A DNA stretch of 64,000 bases. Origin: Chiloscyllium plagiosum. Lineage: Eukaryota. Made by a program: the position numbers and the translations under genes. Below the pieces are notes generated by a model. It saw nothing but the letters and a program-made list of their open reading frames with translations. It did no database searches and had not been told where the DNA came from. The stretch covers positions 50,262,302 through 50,326,301 of the forward strand of contig NC_057719.1 in assembly GCF_004010195.1 (NCBI RefSeq), written 5' to 3'. Shown here one piece after another: positions 24,296 to 38,470 of the stretch. The stretch's first letter is position 1, and each line of letters begins with the position of its first letter.

Positions 24296-24879
24296 GTATG
24301 TATGACTTTATTTGTTGACATTCTGCCCGAATTGATCTAACCTGAAATTTTGTAGTTGTGCAGCCAATAAAGACTGTTTTTTTGCACTTTTATAATATTA
24401 GGCACCTCTTTCATGATTTCACTCCTATTGCTATTGAAATCCTCCTGAAACCTTTTCAGTGCATCCAAATGAAATCCTTGCCCATCTACCAAGATTTCCC
24501 TATAATAAAAAAAACTCTCAAAATTACATGTTCTGTTACTTCTATTGAGTTCTACTGGCCTATCAACCCCATACTTCATGATCTCAACTTGATCTCCAGT
24601 TCTCTGTGTTAGGTTGTATTTATAGTCCTAATGAATTACGAGTTGTTGAATACGTCTTCAGTGCAGAATGTTTGGGACTTGGGTACTTCTGGATTTTGGA
24701 ATTTTCTGGATTATTAAATAACCTTGGAATGCCTAACTACAAATGTATGAACTCAATATTAGTAAATACCTGAGACATAAAACAGAGCAAAACTAGTGTT
24801 AAGACATGGTAGTGTGGGTGGGAAGATTGGTAGTGATTGGGTGGGATGAATCCAGCAAGAGAGGCAAGTTTGAGATTAT

Positions 24880-25508
24880 TTGAGTTTGTTTGGATGAGAA
24901 TGAGTTGCAGATTGAGTAGCCCACTGAGTATAGGATCAGGGTGCACAATGCCGTAAAAATGTATGGGCATCTAGAATGGAATGTAATGGTAGATTGTAAT
25001 GGTGCTGTTTCCTGCAGCACAAAGCCTGAATTTAGACAGCTGTGTTGTCTGCTTGGTTCAGGGCTTTTGGACAAAATCTCTGGATTATTACCCAAGTCAT
25101 GTATAAATTGTCATTCAGCATATCATCTTAAAGAGATAAATGTGTGACTCAGAGACTAGTATGGGAGAAATGGGTTCTGGCTCATGGGCAGTGGCACCGT
25201 TACTGGGCAAAGTGAACTGAAGGGACAACCTCCACCTGGAACAGGGCGGGTGCTCTTGCAAGCTGCATAACTGAGGAAGTACAGAGGACTTAAAACCAAA
25301 TTAATGAAGACCAGGAATCAAGATGGAAAGATGTAGCAAATCAAAGAGCAGAGTCAAGGCCAAAGAGAAAAGTACTAATCTGGGAAATGATGAACAGACC
25401 ACAACAGGAAGGGATAGAGAGTACAAATCTAACAGTTAGCTAATAGGTAAGACTGGAAGTTAGAAAAATAATGAAAGTATGCAACTGAATGCTCTGTATC
25501 TGAATCAT
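24880..25508 (+). mobile_element. Old CR1 ORF1 / ORF2-start remnant, host of the younger CR1; ORF2 remnants resume at ~30420-30885
   Basis: Decayed esterase region (gggagaaatgggttctggctcatgggcagtggcac...ctccacctg) and gctctgtatctgaat (LYLN, start of the endonuclease). Confidence 0.5.
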
Positions 25509-28500
25509 TAGAGTCAAAGAGATGTATAGCAGGGAATAGACCCTTTAATTCAACTCATCCGTGCCGACCAGATATCCTAAATTAATTTAGTTCTATTTGC
25601 CAGCACTTGGCCCATATCCCTATTCGTGTACCCATCCAAGTGTCTTTTAAATGTAGGAATTGGACCAGCCTCCACCACATCCTCTGGCAGCTCATTCCAT
25701 ACATACACCACCCTATGTGTGAAAACTTTGCCCCAGAGGTCCTTTTTAACTCTTTCCCCTGTCACTATAAATGAGTTCTGGACTCCCCCCAACCCAGGAA
25801 AAATACCTTGTCTATTTACCCTATCCATGCCCCTCATGATTTTATAACCTTCTATTAGGTCACCTCTCAGCCTCCGATGCTCCCAGGAAAACAACCCCAC
25901 CTATTCAGCCTCTCCCAATAGTTCAAATCCTCCAACGTTGGCAACATTCTTATAAATTTTTTCTGAACCCTATCAAGTTTCACAACATCCTTCCTATAGG
26001 AGGGAGACCAGAATTGCATGCAATATTCCAGAACTGGCCTAACCAGTGTCCTGTACAGCCGTAACATGACTGCCCAACCTCTATACTCAATGCTCTGATC
26101 AATAAAAGATAGCGTACTAAACACCTTTTGCGCTATTGTATTTACCTGCAACTCCACTTTGCAGAAACTATGAACCTGAACCTGCACTCCAAGGTCTCTT
26201 TGTTCAGCAACACCCCCCAGGACCTTACATCCTGAGGCAACCTTCTTTGCGGTCCACTACACCAATTTTGGTGTTATCAAACTTACTAACTGTACCTCCT
26301 ATGTTCACATCCAAATCATTTATATAAATGATGAAAAGTAGTGGACCCAACATCAGTCCTTGTGACACACTGAAGGTCACAGCCTCCAGTTTGAGAAGCA
26401 AACCTTCACCACCATCCCCTGTCTTCTACCTTTGAGCCAGTTCTTTATCCAATGGCTTGTCCTCCCTGTTTTCTATGTGATCTAACCTTGCTAACCAGTC
26501 TACCACGAGGAACTTTGTTGAACGCCTTACTGAAGTTCATATGTACACCAGTCTGTCCTCATCAATCCTCTTTGTTACTACCTCACAAAATTCAAATCAA
26601 GTTAGCGAGACATGATTTCCATGCACAAAGCCATGTTGACTATCCCTAACCAGTCCTTGCCTCTCCAAATACATGTAAATCCTATCCTTCAGGATTCCTT
26701 CCAACAACTTGCTCACCACCGATATCAGGCTCACCGGTCTATACTTCCCTGCTTTTCCTTACCACCTTTCTGAAGTAGTGGCACCACATTGGCTAACCTC
26801 CAGTCTTCCGGCACCTTACCTGTGACTATCAATGATTCAAATATCTCAGCAAGAGGCCCAGCAATCACTTCCCTAGCTTCCCACAGAGTTCTAGGGTACA
26901 CCTGACCTACCATCTTTGTGCATTTTAAGACACCCAGCACCACCACCTTTCTAATATGGACATTTTTCAAGATGTATCATCTGTTTCCCCATATTCTGTA
27001 TCTTCTATGTTCTCCTTCACAGTAAACACTGATGCAAAATACTCGTTTAGTATCTTCCCCCATCTCCTCCGGTTCCACACATAGGCTGCCTTGCTGATCT
27101 TTGAGGTGTCCTATTCGCTCCTTCGTCCCTGTTGTCCTTTATGTTTTTATAAAATCCCTTTTTGGATTCTCCTTAACCCTATTGGCCAAAACTATCTCAT
27201 GTCCCTTTTTGTCCTCCTGATTGCTCTCTTAAGTACACTTGTACTGCCTTTATACTCTAAGGATTCACTCGATCTCTGCTGTCTATACCTGACATATACT
27301 TCCTTCTTTATCTTAACCAAAACCTCAATTTCTCTAGTCATCCAGCATTTCCTAGATCTACTAGCCTTGCCTTTCACCCTAACAGGAACTTACTGTCTCT
27401 GGACTCTTGTCTCATTTTTGAAGACTTTCCATTTGCCAGCTGTTCCTTTATCTGCGAACATCCACACCCAATCAACTTTTGAAAGTTCTTGCCTCATACC
27501 ATCAAAATTGGCCTTCCTCCAAATTAGAACTTCAACTTTTAGATCTGGTCTATGCTTTTCCATCACTATTTTAAAACTAATAGAATTATGATCGCTGGCC
27601 CCAAAGTGCTCCCCCACTGACACCTCAGTCACCTGCTCTGCCTTTCCCAAGAGTAGGTCAAATTTTGCACCATCCACAGACTGAATCAGAAAATGTTTTT
27701 GTACACACTTAACAAATTCTTCTCCATCTAAACCTTTAACACTGTCTATGTTTGGAAAGTTAAAATTCCCTACCATTACCACCCTGTTATTCCTACAGAT
27801 AACTGAGATCTCCTTACAAATTTGTTTCTCAATTTCCCTCTGACTATTAGGGGATCTACAAAACAATCCCAATAAGGTGGTCATCTCTTTTTTTTATTTC
27901 TCAGTTCCACCCAAATAACTTCCCTGGATGTATTTCCAGGAATATCGTCCCTAAGTACAGCTGTACTGTTATCCCTTATCAAAAACTTCACTCCCCCTTC
28001 TCTCGTGCCCCCTTTCTATCCATTTATTTTCTGAAACATTCAGCTGCTGGTCCTGTCCATCCCTGAGCTATGTCTCTGTAATTGCAATGATGTTCCAGTC
28101 CCATGTTCCTAACTATGCCCCGAGTTCATCTGCCTTTCCTGTTAGGCCTCTTGCATTGAAATAAATGCAGTTTAATTTACCTCGTTCTCTGCTTTGTTCC
28201 TGACTGTTTGACTTGATTCTTTTCAGAACCATACCAGTCTCAGACTGATCTCTTTCCTCACTATCTCCCTGGGTTCCAGCCTCCCAAGCAGCACTGGCAA
28301 ATCTCCCTGCCAGTATGTTAGACCCTTTCCAATTCTGGTGCAATCCATCCTCCTTGTACAGGTCATCCCAGAAGAGATTCCAATGATCCAAAAATGTGAG
28401 CCCTTCTCCCATGCACCAGCTCCTCAGCCACACATTCATTTGCTGTATCCTTCTATTCCCACTGGCTTGTAGCGCTGGAAGTAATCCAAATATTACTACC

Positions 28501-30060
28501 TGTTTGAAATTCCTGCCTAACTTCCTAAATTCTTCCTTCAGAATCTCATCCTTTTCCCTTCCTGTGTTGTTAGTTCCAATGTGTACAACAACCTCCTGCT
28601 TGTGCCACTCCTCTTTGAGAATATTCTGCACTGTGTTCAAGATATCCTTGATCCTGACACCAGCAAGGCAACACAACATTCTGATTTCTCGCTGTTGGCC
28701 ACAGAAACGTCTGTCTTTGCCTCTGACTAGAGAGTCCCTTATCACAGTTGATCGCTTGGAACCTGATGTATCCCTCATTACATTACAGTTAGTCTTGGTA
28801 CCAGAAACTTGGCTGTTCATGCTAAATTCCTCTGTTGGTCCATTACCCTCTACATTTTTCAAAACAGTATATTGATTGAAATGGGGATAGCCAAACGACA
28901 CTCCTGCACTACCTGCCTCCTTCTCCTACCTTTCCTGGCAGTAACCCATCTACCTGATTGTATCTGCAGTTTTTCTCCCTTTGTACAACTGCCATCCATC
29001 ACTTCACCGAGCTTCTGTAAATTCCTCATTGCCTCTAACTGCAGCTCCAACTGATCCATGCAATCTGATAGGATTCGCAGTCTAGATTAGAGTGGTGCTG
29101 GAAAAGCACAGCAGGTCAGGCAGCATCTGAGGAGCAGGAAAATTGACGTTTTGGGCAAAAGCCCTTCTTCAGGAATGATGAAGGGCTTTTGCTCGAAACG
29201 TCAATTTTCCTGCTCGTCGGATGCTGCCTGACCTGTACTTTTCCAGCACCACTCTAATCTAGGCTGCACGGATCAGTTGGAGCGGCAGTTACAGGCAATG
29301 AAGAATTTACAGAAGCTCGGTGACGTGATGGATGGCGAATCCTAATCTCTCGCATCTGCAGTCCTCACGTTTTTGCCTGATAGGATCGCAACCAAGCATA
29401 TTTGCTGCAGACATAGTCATCAGTAACATGGACATTCTCCTTAATCTCCCACATCTGACTGGAAGGAACAATCACTCTACTAAAGGCCATCTTTGCACCT
29501 TCAGAGTCTACAGAAAATAGCACTGTCTTGTTGCTTTGAAAAATATTATCTAGGCTAACTGTGTTTTATATTCTAAAATTTTAATCGAGGTAGATGTCAG
29601 TAAAACATGTAACCACAAAAAACCACTCCACTCATTACTGTAGAAGTACAGCAAGGTTACATGTTAAAAATTATGCACTTATCTGTTCCTGTGCTGTGAG
29701 CTCCTCCACACTGGTCCCTCCAAGGTCAGCTGTGAATTTCGCTGTTTGTTAATTTTTCTTAGACCCACTCTGATGTCCAGAAAATATCTAGCAAAGGCAT
29801 TTGCTGCTGTGTCAGGCAGCAGTGCAGATTTCTTTCTTTCTCTCTCTCTCTCTCTCTCTGACCATGTAGTCTTTGCATTTGCTTCCTTCTTCCTTTTTAA
29901 GGTGCCGTTATTTTGATCTTTTTTTCCCCAAAGTTTCAAAACAATACAACAGCATATAAAACAGTAACTACTGCTCCTGGAATTCGAGGAAATCACCCAC
30001 AGCACCTAAAATACCTCAAAAAAGGAGCAGCTCTTACAACCACAATTTTTCCTGTCCTCC
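25509..30060 (-). mobile_element. Near full-length defective CR1 LINE (5' UTR, ORF1, ORF2 APE+RT, 3' tail)
   Basis: ORF1: zinc-knuckle remnant QMWEIKE..DDYVCSK (~29400-29460), coiled coil MDQLELQLEAMRNL, SGNH esterase VIRDSLVR / VVHIGTNN / DGLH (28113-28901). ORF2: CIYFNARG, GNFNFPNID, ASDHN, RT PEDWRLANVVPL and RPVLEYCMQFWSP. Many stops and deletions. Confidence 0.93.
29080..29376. mobile_element. Penelope-like fold-back element, family A variant, inserted in CR1 ORF1
   Basis: Arms ~29077-29170 and ~29178-29267; tail gcatctgcagtcctcac; TSD ctgataggattcgca / ctgataggatcgca (29065-29079, 29377-29390). Confidence 0.88.
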
Positions 30061-30887
30061 ATCAATAAGATAATGGCTGATTCAACGCTCCTGAAGTGAT
30101 ATTGATGCAAATTCAGGAATATGAATACCTCAGAAATGCTTTCTTAGAGAAATATTTCCTGAGACCAAGGTACCTCAATTCAAATATATTTCATCATTCC
30201 AGTACATTTCCTTCGCTGTTGAGAAGTTTCTGTAAGTCCAATTCACTTTAGCCTGCCTCATGGTAACATTCGCTCCCACCCTGCCCCTCAATTGCTGAGT
30301 CAGCTTATCTTTCCCTTGACCATGCATTTTCCCTTCAGTCATTCAGGCAGTATGATCTTTTTAAAAAAAAATTAGGAAGAAAAGAGTTAAAAGTGTTCAA
30401 AAAATAAGTCTGGAGAATTACCAATTGAAAAGTGAACTAATTGCAGATGAAGTGCAGAGAGTCTTTACATCAATCTTCACTATAGAGGACACCAGTAGCA
30501 ATAAGGGAAGTGCTCTTGAATAAATGACTAGAGCTGACAAGTGCCTTAGCCTTAATGGATTTCATCAAAGATTCTTAAATGAAGTAGCTTTGAAATAGTT
30601 TTGTATTGGTTTTATTTTCCGCACTCACCCTCAATTCAGAAAAGTCTGGGCTAGATTGGAAGGCAGCAACTGTAGTTCCTTTATTTGAAAAGGGAGGGCG
30701 ACAGAAAGCAGGAGACTACAGATGAGCTACCCGAGCATAGTTCACACAGAGTCTTGGAAGCTATTGCTAAAGAGGTTATGATAGCATGGTACTGAGATGA
30801 GTTCAAGAAAATCGAGCAGAGTCAACATAGTTTTGTGAAGTGACGATCATTTTTTATGAACCTGTTACAATTCTTGGAAGAAGTAAA

Positions 30888-31745
30888 TTTGCAGATGACA
30901 CCAAAATTGGAGGGTAGTGGACAGCGAAGAATGTTACCTTAGATTACAATGGGATCTTGATCAGATGAGCCAATGGGCTGAGGAATGGCGGATGGAGTTC
31001 CATTTAGATAAATGTGAGGTGCTGCATTTTGGGAAAGCAAATCTTAGCAGGACTTATACACTTAATGGTAAGGTCCTGGGAGTATTGCGGAAAAAGAGAG
31101 ACCTTGGAGTGCAGGTGCATAGTTCCTTGAAAGTCAAGTTGTAGGTAGAGAGGATAATGATGAAGGCATTTGGTATGCTTTCCTTTATTGGCCAGAGTAT
31201 TGAGTACACAAGTTAGGAGGTCATGTTGCAGTTGTACAGGACATTGGTTAGGCTACTTTTGAAATTTTGTGTGCAGTTCTTGTCTGCTTTCTATCGGAAG
31301 GATGTTGTGAAACTGAAACGGTTCAGAAACGATTTACAAGGATGTTGCCAGGGTTGGAGGATTTGAGCTACAGGGAAAGGTTGAATAGGCTGGGGCTGTT
31401 TTCCCTGGAGGCTGAGAAGTGACCTTATGGAGGGTTGTAAAATCATGAGGGGCATGGATAAGATAAATAGACAAGGTCTTTTCCCTGGGGTGGGGGAGTC
31501 CAGAACTAGAGGGCATAGGTTTAGGGTGAGAGGGGAAAGACATAAAAGGCAACCTTTTTACACAGAGCATGGTACCTGTATGGAATGAGCTACCAGAGGA
31601 AGTGGTGAAGGCTAGTACATTTGCAACATCTGGTGGGATATGGGCTGGGTGCTGGCAAGTGAAACTAGATTGGGTTGGGATATCTGGTTGGCGTGGACGT
31701 GTTGGCCCTAAGGGTCTGTTTCCATGCTGTACGTCTCTATGATCC
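30888..31745 (+). mobile_element. CR1 LINE, 5'-truncated
   Basis: FADDTKIG, WAEEWRMEFHLDKCEVLHFG (ORF 30917); ends ctgtacgtctctatga. Confidence 0.92.
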
Positions 31746-32409
31746 TGTAAGTGGGTAAATGGAGGACACTATTCTTGAGATTAAAGGGTGTGGAGTATAA
31801 GTGGGAATGGGATAGTGCATAGGATGATCAGCCATGATTATATTTGAATGGAGAAGCAGGTTTGAAGGGCCAGATGGCCTGCCCCTGTTCCTATTCTCTA
31901 TATTTCTCACACTTCTCTGAACACCCTTAAGTATTGATGAGCAAAACTGTTTGCATTACTCCAGATGTGTTCTCATCAGTGCCCTGTACAACCAAAGCAT
32001 GACCTCCCTACTTGTATATTCAATTTCTGTTTGAATAAATTGGAACATTCTACTAGGTTTCCTAATTACTTGCTGTACCTACATACTAGCCTTTCGTGAT
32101 GCATGCAAAAGGAGTCCCAGATGTCTCTGCTCTCATTGTTCTAAAATCTTTTAGAACTTTTAAAAAATTATTAAAATATTGTTACCAAGATGAAATTTCA
32201 CATTTACCAGCGTATTAACTGTTTGCCAGATCTTTGCCCATTCACTTAAGACCTCTTTCTTTTTGTAGCCTCATTATATCCTCTCACAACTTAAGTTCCT
32301 GGCTACCTTTGTGTCGTCAGAAAATTTAGCAACCATACCTTCCAATCCTTCATCCAAGTCATTCAGATAAACTGGAAACATTGATCCACGAGGCATGTCA
32401 AACAGAAAC

Positions 32410-33230
32410 TGAAATGAACTAACTAAATAAATATTATAACGACAAGACCAAGTCAGAGGCTTGAAATCCTGCAGAATGTAACTCACTTCCTCAATCCCCA
32501 AAGCCTGTCCACCATCCACAAGGTTCATATCAGGATGGAATACTCCTTATTTGCCTGGTTGAGTGCACCTTGAACAACATTCACAAAGTTGGACACCATC
32601 CAGGACAAAGCAACAGGCTTGAATGCTACCACATTCACAGTCGCTTCTCCCATCCTGATATACAGCGGCAAACTGTGTCTACCATCGACAAGAAGCAACA
32701 CAAAAATTCACTAAAATTTCTTGGGCAACACCACACTAACCCAAGGTGAAGGACAAGGGCAGCAAACACATGGAAATAACACTGCCTCTACAAGTCACAC
32801 GATCCGCAAAATATATTCCCAATCCTTCACTGTTGCTGGGTCAAAATCCTGGAACTCCCTCTTTAACAGCAATATGTGTACTAATGGGTTTATGTATACT
32901 AATGGAATGCAGTCAATTCTGATATAACGTGATAGTTTCCATTCTTGTGTGATCTCATATGAAACAAAATTGCCCAAAAGCCATGCCGTTTAAACAAATG
33001 GGGCCGGAATCGCATTACAGACAGTACAGGGAAGGAAAGTTCACATTCCACAAATGACTATCTAAATTCTTCAATCACGTTAAAGCTAATTCATGTTGAA
33101 GAAATGCGCATTATAGCAGAACTAAACTGTAAGTGGTATAAACTCACCAGCACCTTAAAAGGCAACTAATGATGAGTAATAAATTCTGGCTTAGTCTATG
33201 AAGCCCAAGTGCTCTGAATGAATTTTTAAG
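32410..33230 (+). mobile_element. LINE family B 3' part (interrupted by a MITE)
   Basis: ttggacaccatccaggacaaagca, ttcactgttgctgggtcaaaatcctggaactccct; tail taataaattctggc...tgaatgaat as in SINE B. Confidence 0.7.
32910..33129. mobile_element. Tigger/pogo-like MITE
   Basis: Imperfect TIRs cagtcaattctgatataacg / cattatagcagaactaaactg followed by TA; related element at 56632. Confidence 0.7.
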
Positions 33231-33435
33231 TGGTTACATCAGACCAACATGAAAAAGACCCATTTATGCCTACACTTTGCTTCCTGTTAGCTTGTCAATA
33301 TTTTACCTGTGCCAAAAGACGACTACTACATGATGAGTTTCAATTTTCCCTGCAATAACCGGTGATGTTGAATTTGTCAACTGGAATCTAGTTACAGTAC
33401 ATCCACCAGTTCACCTTTGACAACAGCACATACTT

Positions 33436-35497
33436 AGAGTCATACAGATGTACAGCACGGAAACAGACCTTTCAGTCCACCTCATCCGTGCCAACCAGGT
33501 ATCCCAACACAATCTAGCCCCATCTGCCAGCACCCGGCCCATATCCCTCCAAACCCTTCCTGTTCATATACCCATCCAGGTGTCTTTTAAATGTTGTAAT
33601 TGTACCAACCTGCACCACTTCTGGCAGCCTATTCTGCACATGCACCACCCTCTGTGTGAAAAGGCTGTCCCTTAGGTCCCTTTTATATCTTTCTCCTCTC
33701 ACCCTAAACCTATGCCATCTAGTTCTGGACACCCCTACTCCAGGGAAAAGACTTTGCCTGTGTACCCTATCCATGCCCCTCATGATTTTATAAACTTCTA
33801 TAAGTTCACCCCCTCAGCCTCCGATGCTCCAGAGAAAACAGCCCCAGCCTATTCAACCTCTCCCTCGAGCTCAAATACTCCAATCCTGGCAACATCCTTG
33901 AATTTTGTTTTTTGAACCCTTTCAAGTTTCACAACATCTTTCTGATAGGAAGGAGACCAGAACTGTGTACAATATTCCAAAAGTGGCCTAACCAATGTCC
34001 TGTACAGCAGCAACATGACCTTCCAACTCCTGTGCTAAGTACTCTGACCAATAAAGGAAAGCATACCAAACACCACCTTCACTATCATATCTACCTGTGA
34101 CTCTACCTTCAAGGAGCTGTGAACCTGCCCTCTGAGGTCTCTTTGTTCAGCAACACTGCCTAGGTCCTTATCTTTAAGTGTAGAAGTCTTGCTAAGATTT
34201 GCTTTCCCAAAATGCAGCACCTCGCATTTATCTAAATTAAAGTCCATCTGCCACTCCGCAACCCATTGGTAAGGGGTAACCCTCTTCGATGTCCACTCCA
34301 CTTCCAATTTTGGTGTCATCTGCAAACTTACTAACTGTATCTCTTATGCTCATATCCAAATCATTTATATAAATGATGAAAAGTAGTGGACCCCGCACCA
34401 ATCCTTGTGGCATTCCATTGGTCACAGGACTGAAGTCTAAAAAGCAACCTTCCATCACCACCCTATGTCTGCTACCTTTGAGCCAGTTCTGTATCCAAAT
34501 AGCTAGTTCTCCCTGTATTCCATGAGATCTAAACTTGCTAAACAGTCTCTAATGGGGAACCTTGACAAATGCCTTCCTGAGGTCCATATAGATCACATCT
34601 ACCACTCTGCCCTCATTAATCCTCTTTTAATTCTTCAAAAAACTCATTCAAGTTTGTGAGACACGATTTCCCACACACAAAGCCATATTGACTATTCCTC
34701 ATCAGTCCTTGCCTTTCCAAATACATGTGCATCCTGTCCCTCAGGATTCCCTTCAACAAATTGCCCACCATTGACAACTGGCTCACCGGTCGAAAGTTCC
34801 CTGGTTTGTCCTTACCACCTTTCTTAAATAGTGACACCATGTTAGCCAACCTCCAGTCTTCCAGCACCTTACTTGTGACTATCGATACAAGTATCTCAGC
34901 AAGTGGCCCAACAATCAGTTCCCTAGCTTCCCACAGAGTTCTCGGGTACACCTGATCAGGTCCTGGGAATTTATCCACTTTTATGTGTTTCAAGACATCC
35001 AGCACTTCCTCCTCTGTAACATGGACATTTTTCAAGATTTCACATCTATTTCCCTATATTCTGTGTCTTCAGTGTCCTTCTCTGCAGTAAACTGATGCAA
35101 AATAGTCTCTCCCCGTCTCCTGTGGACACAAAGGCCACCTTGCTAATCTTTTGAGGGGCCCTCTTCTCTCCTGAGTTACCCTTTGGTCCTTAATATATTT
35201 GTAAAAACACTTAGGATTCTTCTTAAGCTTATTTGCCAAACCCCTCATGTCCCCTTTTTGCCTTCCTCCTTAAGTATTTCCTCCTTAAGTATGCTCCTTC
35301 TGTCTTTATACTCTTCTAAGAATTCACTCAATCTATCCTTTATCTCCCTGACATATGTTTTTCTTAACCAAACCTTCAACTTTCTCTCATCATCCAGCAT
35401 TCCTACACCACCTAGCCTTTCCTTTCACCTTAACAGGAATATACTGTCTCTGGACTCTCGTTATCTCATTTCTGAAGACTTCCCATTTTCTAACATC
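33436..35497 (-). mobile_element. CR1 LINE, ~2-kb 5'-truncated copy
   Basis: KVDKFPGPDQVYPRTL...GNFRPVS...SQYGF...SCLTNL (34616-35035), PQGLVRGPLLFIIYINDL...FADDTKIG, 3' tail tagagtcatacagatg. Confidence 0.93.
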
Positions 35498-36164
35498 TAG
35501 CACACATCGCCGTGGAACCCCATTCACACCCTGTCAATCACAAAAGTTAATACTTTGGTAATTCTGTTTTCTGCCAACCAACTAATTTTCATTGTTACCA
35601 TGAACACCGAGTTTGGACAAGAAACTTTTACGTAACACCCTATCAAATACCTTCTGGAAATTCATATAAAGTATATCTATCTGTTCCCCTTTCTTCACTG
35701 CACGTGATACTCCTTCAAAAAGCTCCAATAAACTGGTTCAATAAGATTTCTTCTTCACAAAGGAAGTTGAGTTTTCCTGACTGACTTGAGTTTTCTAAGT
35801 GCCCATTTTCACGCCTTCCCCTGACCGTCCTCACACTAGCCTATTCCCCTCCATTGCTGTTTCCTATTTCCCTCCATTTCTGGACTGGTGGAGTTGTGTT
35901 TAGTACTTTCTATTCTGATGGAACCTTTCCAGAATGTAACATTTTGGAAAAATAGAATAATGTATCTACTACTTCATTAGCTACCTCTTTCCCTGGGTTT
36001 TGTAATTTTGCTAAGTTTCTTTCTCCCTTTCACCTTCTGATTTATAGCTATTACTAAAATGTTCTTGTGTTCTCAAAACAGAGACAAAGAAAAATATTTG
36101 TTTATTTCTTTACTGCCATACTGCCATACAGCCCACTGACGTAAACTATGGGATAATCGGGTGG

Positions 36165-37095
36165 TCTGATGACAAGTTGGCAGCCGACACTAAGATTGGT
36201 GGAGAAGTGGATGGTGAAGGGCTGTCAGCAAATGAAGCAGAATATAGAGATTTTGGAGAGTTGGGCAGAGAACTGGCAGATGGAGTTCATTCCGGGCAAA
36301 TGTGAGATGATGCAGTTTGGAAGATCCAATTCAAGAGTGAACCACATGGTAAATGGAAAAGCCCTTGGGAAAAGCATTGCTGTACAGAGAGAACTGGGTG
36401 TTCAGGTGAATTGTACCCTGAAGGTGGCAACGCAGGTTAATAGTGTTCAAGAAGGCATGCCTTCCTTCATTGAATGGGGTATTGAGTACAAGAGTTAGCA
36501 GGTCATGTTGCAGCTGTATAGGACTTTGGTTCGGCCACATTTGAAATACTGCATACTCTTCTGGTCACCACATTACCAAAAGGATGTGGATGCTTTGGAG
36601 AGAGTGTAGAAGAGGTTCACCAGGATGTTGCCTGGTATGGAGGGCATTAAAGATGAAGAGAGGTTGAGTTGATTAGGATTAATTTCATTAGAAAGATGCG
36701 GGTTGAGAGAGGACTTGATTGAGTTCTACAAAATCATGAGAGTTATCGAAAAGGTGGATAGCAAGAACGTTTTTCCCCCAGAGTGAGGGATTCAATTACT
36801 TGGTGTCACAAGTTCAAGGTGAGGGGGGAAAGTTTAAGGGAAATATGCGTGGAAAGTTTTTTACACAGAGGGTGGTGGGTGCCTGTGCCGTGTTGCCAGC
36901 GGAGGTGGTAGAAGTAAATACTATAGCGTCATTTTAAAAGTATTTAGACAGGTACACGAATGGGCCGGGAGCAGAGGGATACAGATCCTTGGAAAATAGG
37001 CGACAGGTTTATAGAGAGGTTCTGGATTGGTGCAGGCTTAGAGGGCCGAAGGACCAGTTCCCCTGCTATAATTTTCTTTGTTGTTTTGTTCTTTC
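36165..37095 (+). mobile_element. CR1 LINE, distinct subfamily with (ttgttt/ttcttt) tail
   Basis: WAENWQMEFIPGKCEMMQFG (ORF 36169); ends gggccgaaggacc...ttttctttgttgttttgttct. Confidence 0.88.
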
Positions 37096-37129
37096 ATATG
37101 TGTAAACATTATTCATTGTAATTTTAGTT

Positions 37130-37910
37130 TTTGTGTTTTGAATGAGTAACCAGTGGGTTTTCTGTGTGTCTTTTAAGCATTTTGGAGCCAAAGTGATTTC
37201 TTTTGAAACAGTGTTTTGGCTTGCTTTTTTTAAACCTACAGGAAAAAGCTGGAGAGGAAAACCTTTGGGGTTCACTTTTCTTTTTACCTTGAATGGAGAT
37301 GTATTATGAATTCCTTGGAATAAGGTGGCCCTTTAGACATGTGCTCCTGAAAAGGGAATGATATATAGTGGATGAAGTTACCTCGGAGTAAGGAGTTAGT
37401 TCACGTCTCAGTCCCAAAAATGTTGAGATAAAACCCTGAAGAGATTACATAAAGTTGAGTACATTGAAGCTCAGTTGTATGATCGTTTCATTCTACAGCT
37501 ATCTGCAGTTCTCGTCGAAACATTGAAATTATCAGTGATTTAAACCTATTAAGATGTGAGATACAGGAGTCTAGTTTGAGTACTGCACAAGTGATGTTTT
37601 CGGTTACTGTATCACTGGTGTATTCTGGATACCATGCAAAGTTATTTTGTTTGTTTTCAATTTACACATGTGTATTTGGGGAATAATGGAATTATATTTT
37701 TACTGTTTAAAAATCTGAATTCATTTCATAAGTAGATGGTTTGTTCTATTTATTTTAATTTCTTTTGTTGATACACTTATGTGTTATCACTAAAGCAAAT
37801 CACATGAATATTTATGTGCTTAAGACTAAACAAATCAAATATAATCTACCAAACCAGAACCCTGCCTGGGATCAGATTTGTAACTAATAACTTCAGCTGG
37901 AATCATAATA
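37130..37910 (+). mobile_element. Probable decayed solo LTR
   Basis: Non-coding; ends ...cagctggaatcataata, resembling the cataaca terminus of the LTR at 56311. Left boundary uncertain. Confidence 0.35.
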
Positions 37911-38470
37911 CTACTATTAACTCCCCATCTTCAATTTTGAGCATGAGTACTCACTTTAATCACTTTTTCAAAATATTTTTTAAAAATCCCTCTAGAAACT
38001 TTTCCTTTACATTTTTACATTTCTAGCTGGCTTTCCTTTATGGTCTAATTTATTTCTCCTGATTAACCTATAGTAATTTCCTGTTCTTTGTGTTCTGACC
38101 AATCATCCGACATCTTTTAGGTATGACTTTAAACTAAATGTGCACTTGCGTGTTTGGGCAGATTTAAAACATACTATGACATTTAAAGAAGAGCAGGGAC
38201 GTCCTCAAAATTTGTTTCAACGTACACAACAAAAAAATTAGCTTTTAATATGTCTTTTGCTGTGGCATATCAGTTGCTACTTTTATTAAAACAGTAATGA
38301 TACTTCAAAATTAATTGATTGGCTGTGAATTGATTTGTGGCCCCCTGACAGAGCAAGATGTGCTTATAAGTTTTTTAATCTTTCTTTTAATTTGTCAAGA
38401 AGTAGTACAAACAAAATGTCCAAAAAGCACATGTTAGTAGACAGGTGTGACGATCTGTTCCAGAGCCATT

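Noticed and set aside
28113..28901. 262-aa ORF as a novel esterase-endonuclease fusion gene
   Set aside because: It is CR1 ORF1 (SGNH esterase, with the GDS motif mutated to RDS) reading into the start of ORF2 in a copy full of stops and deletions; a decay product.
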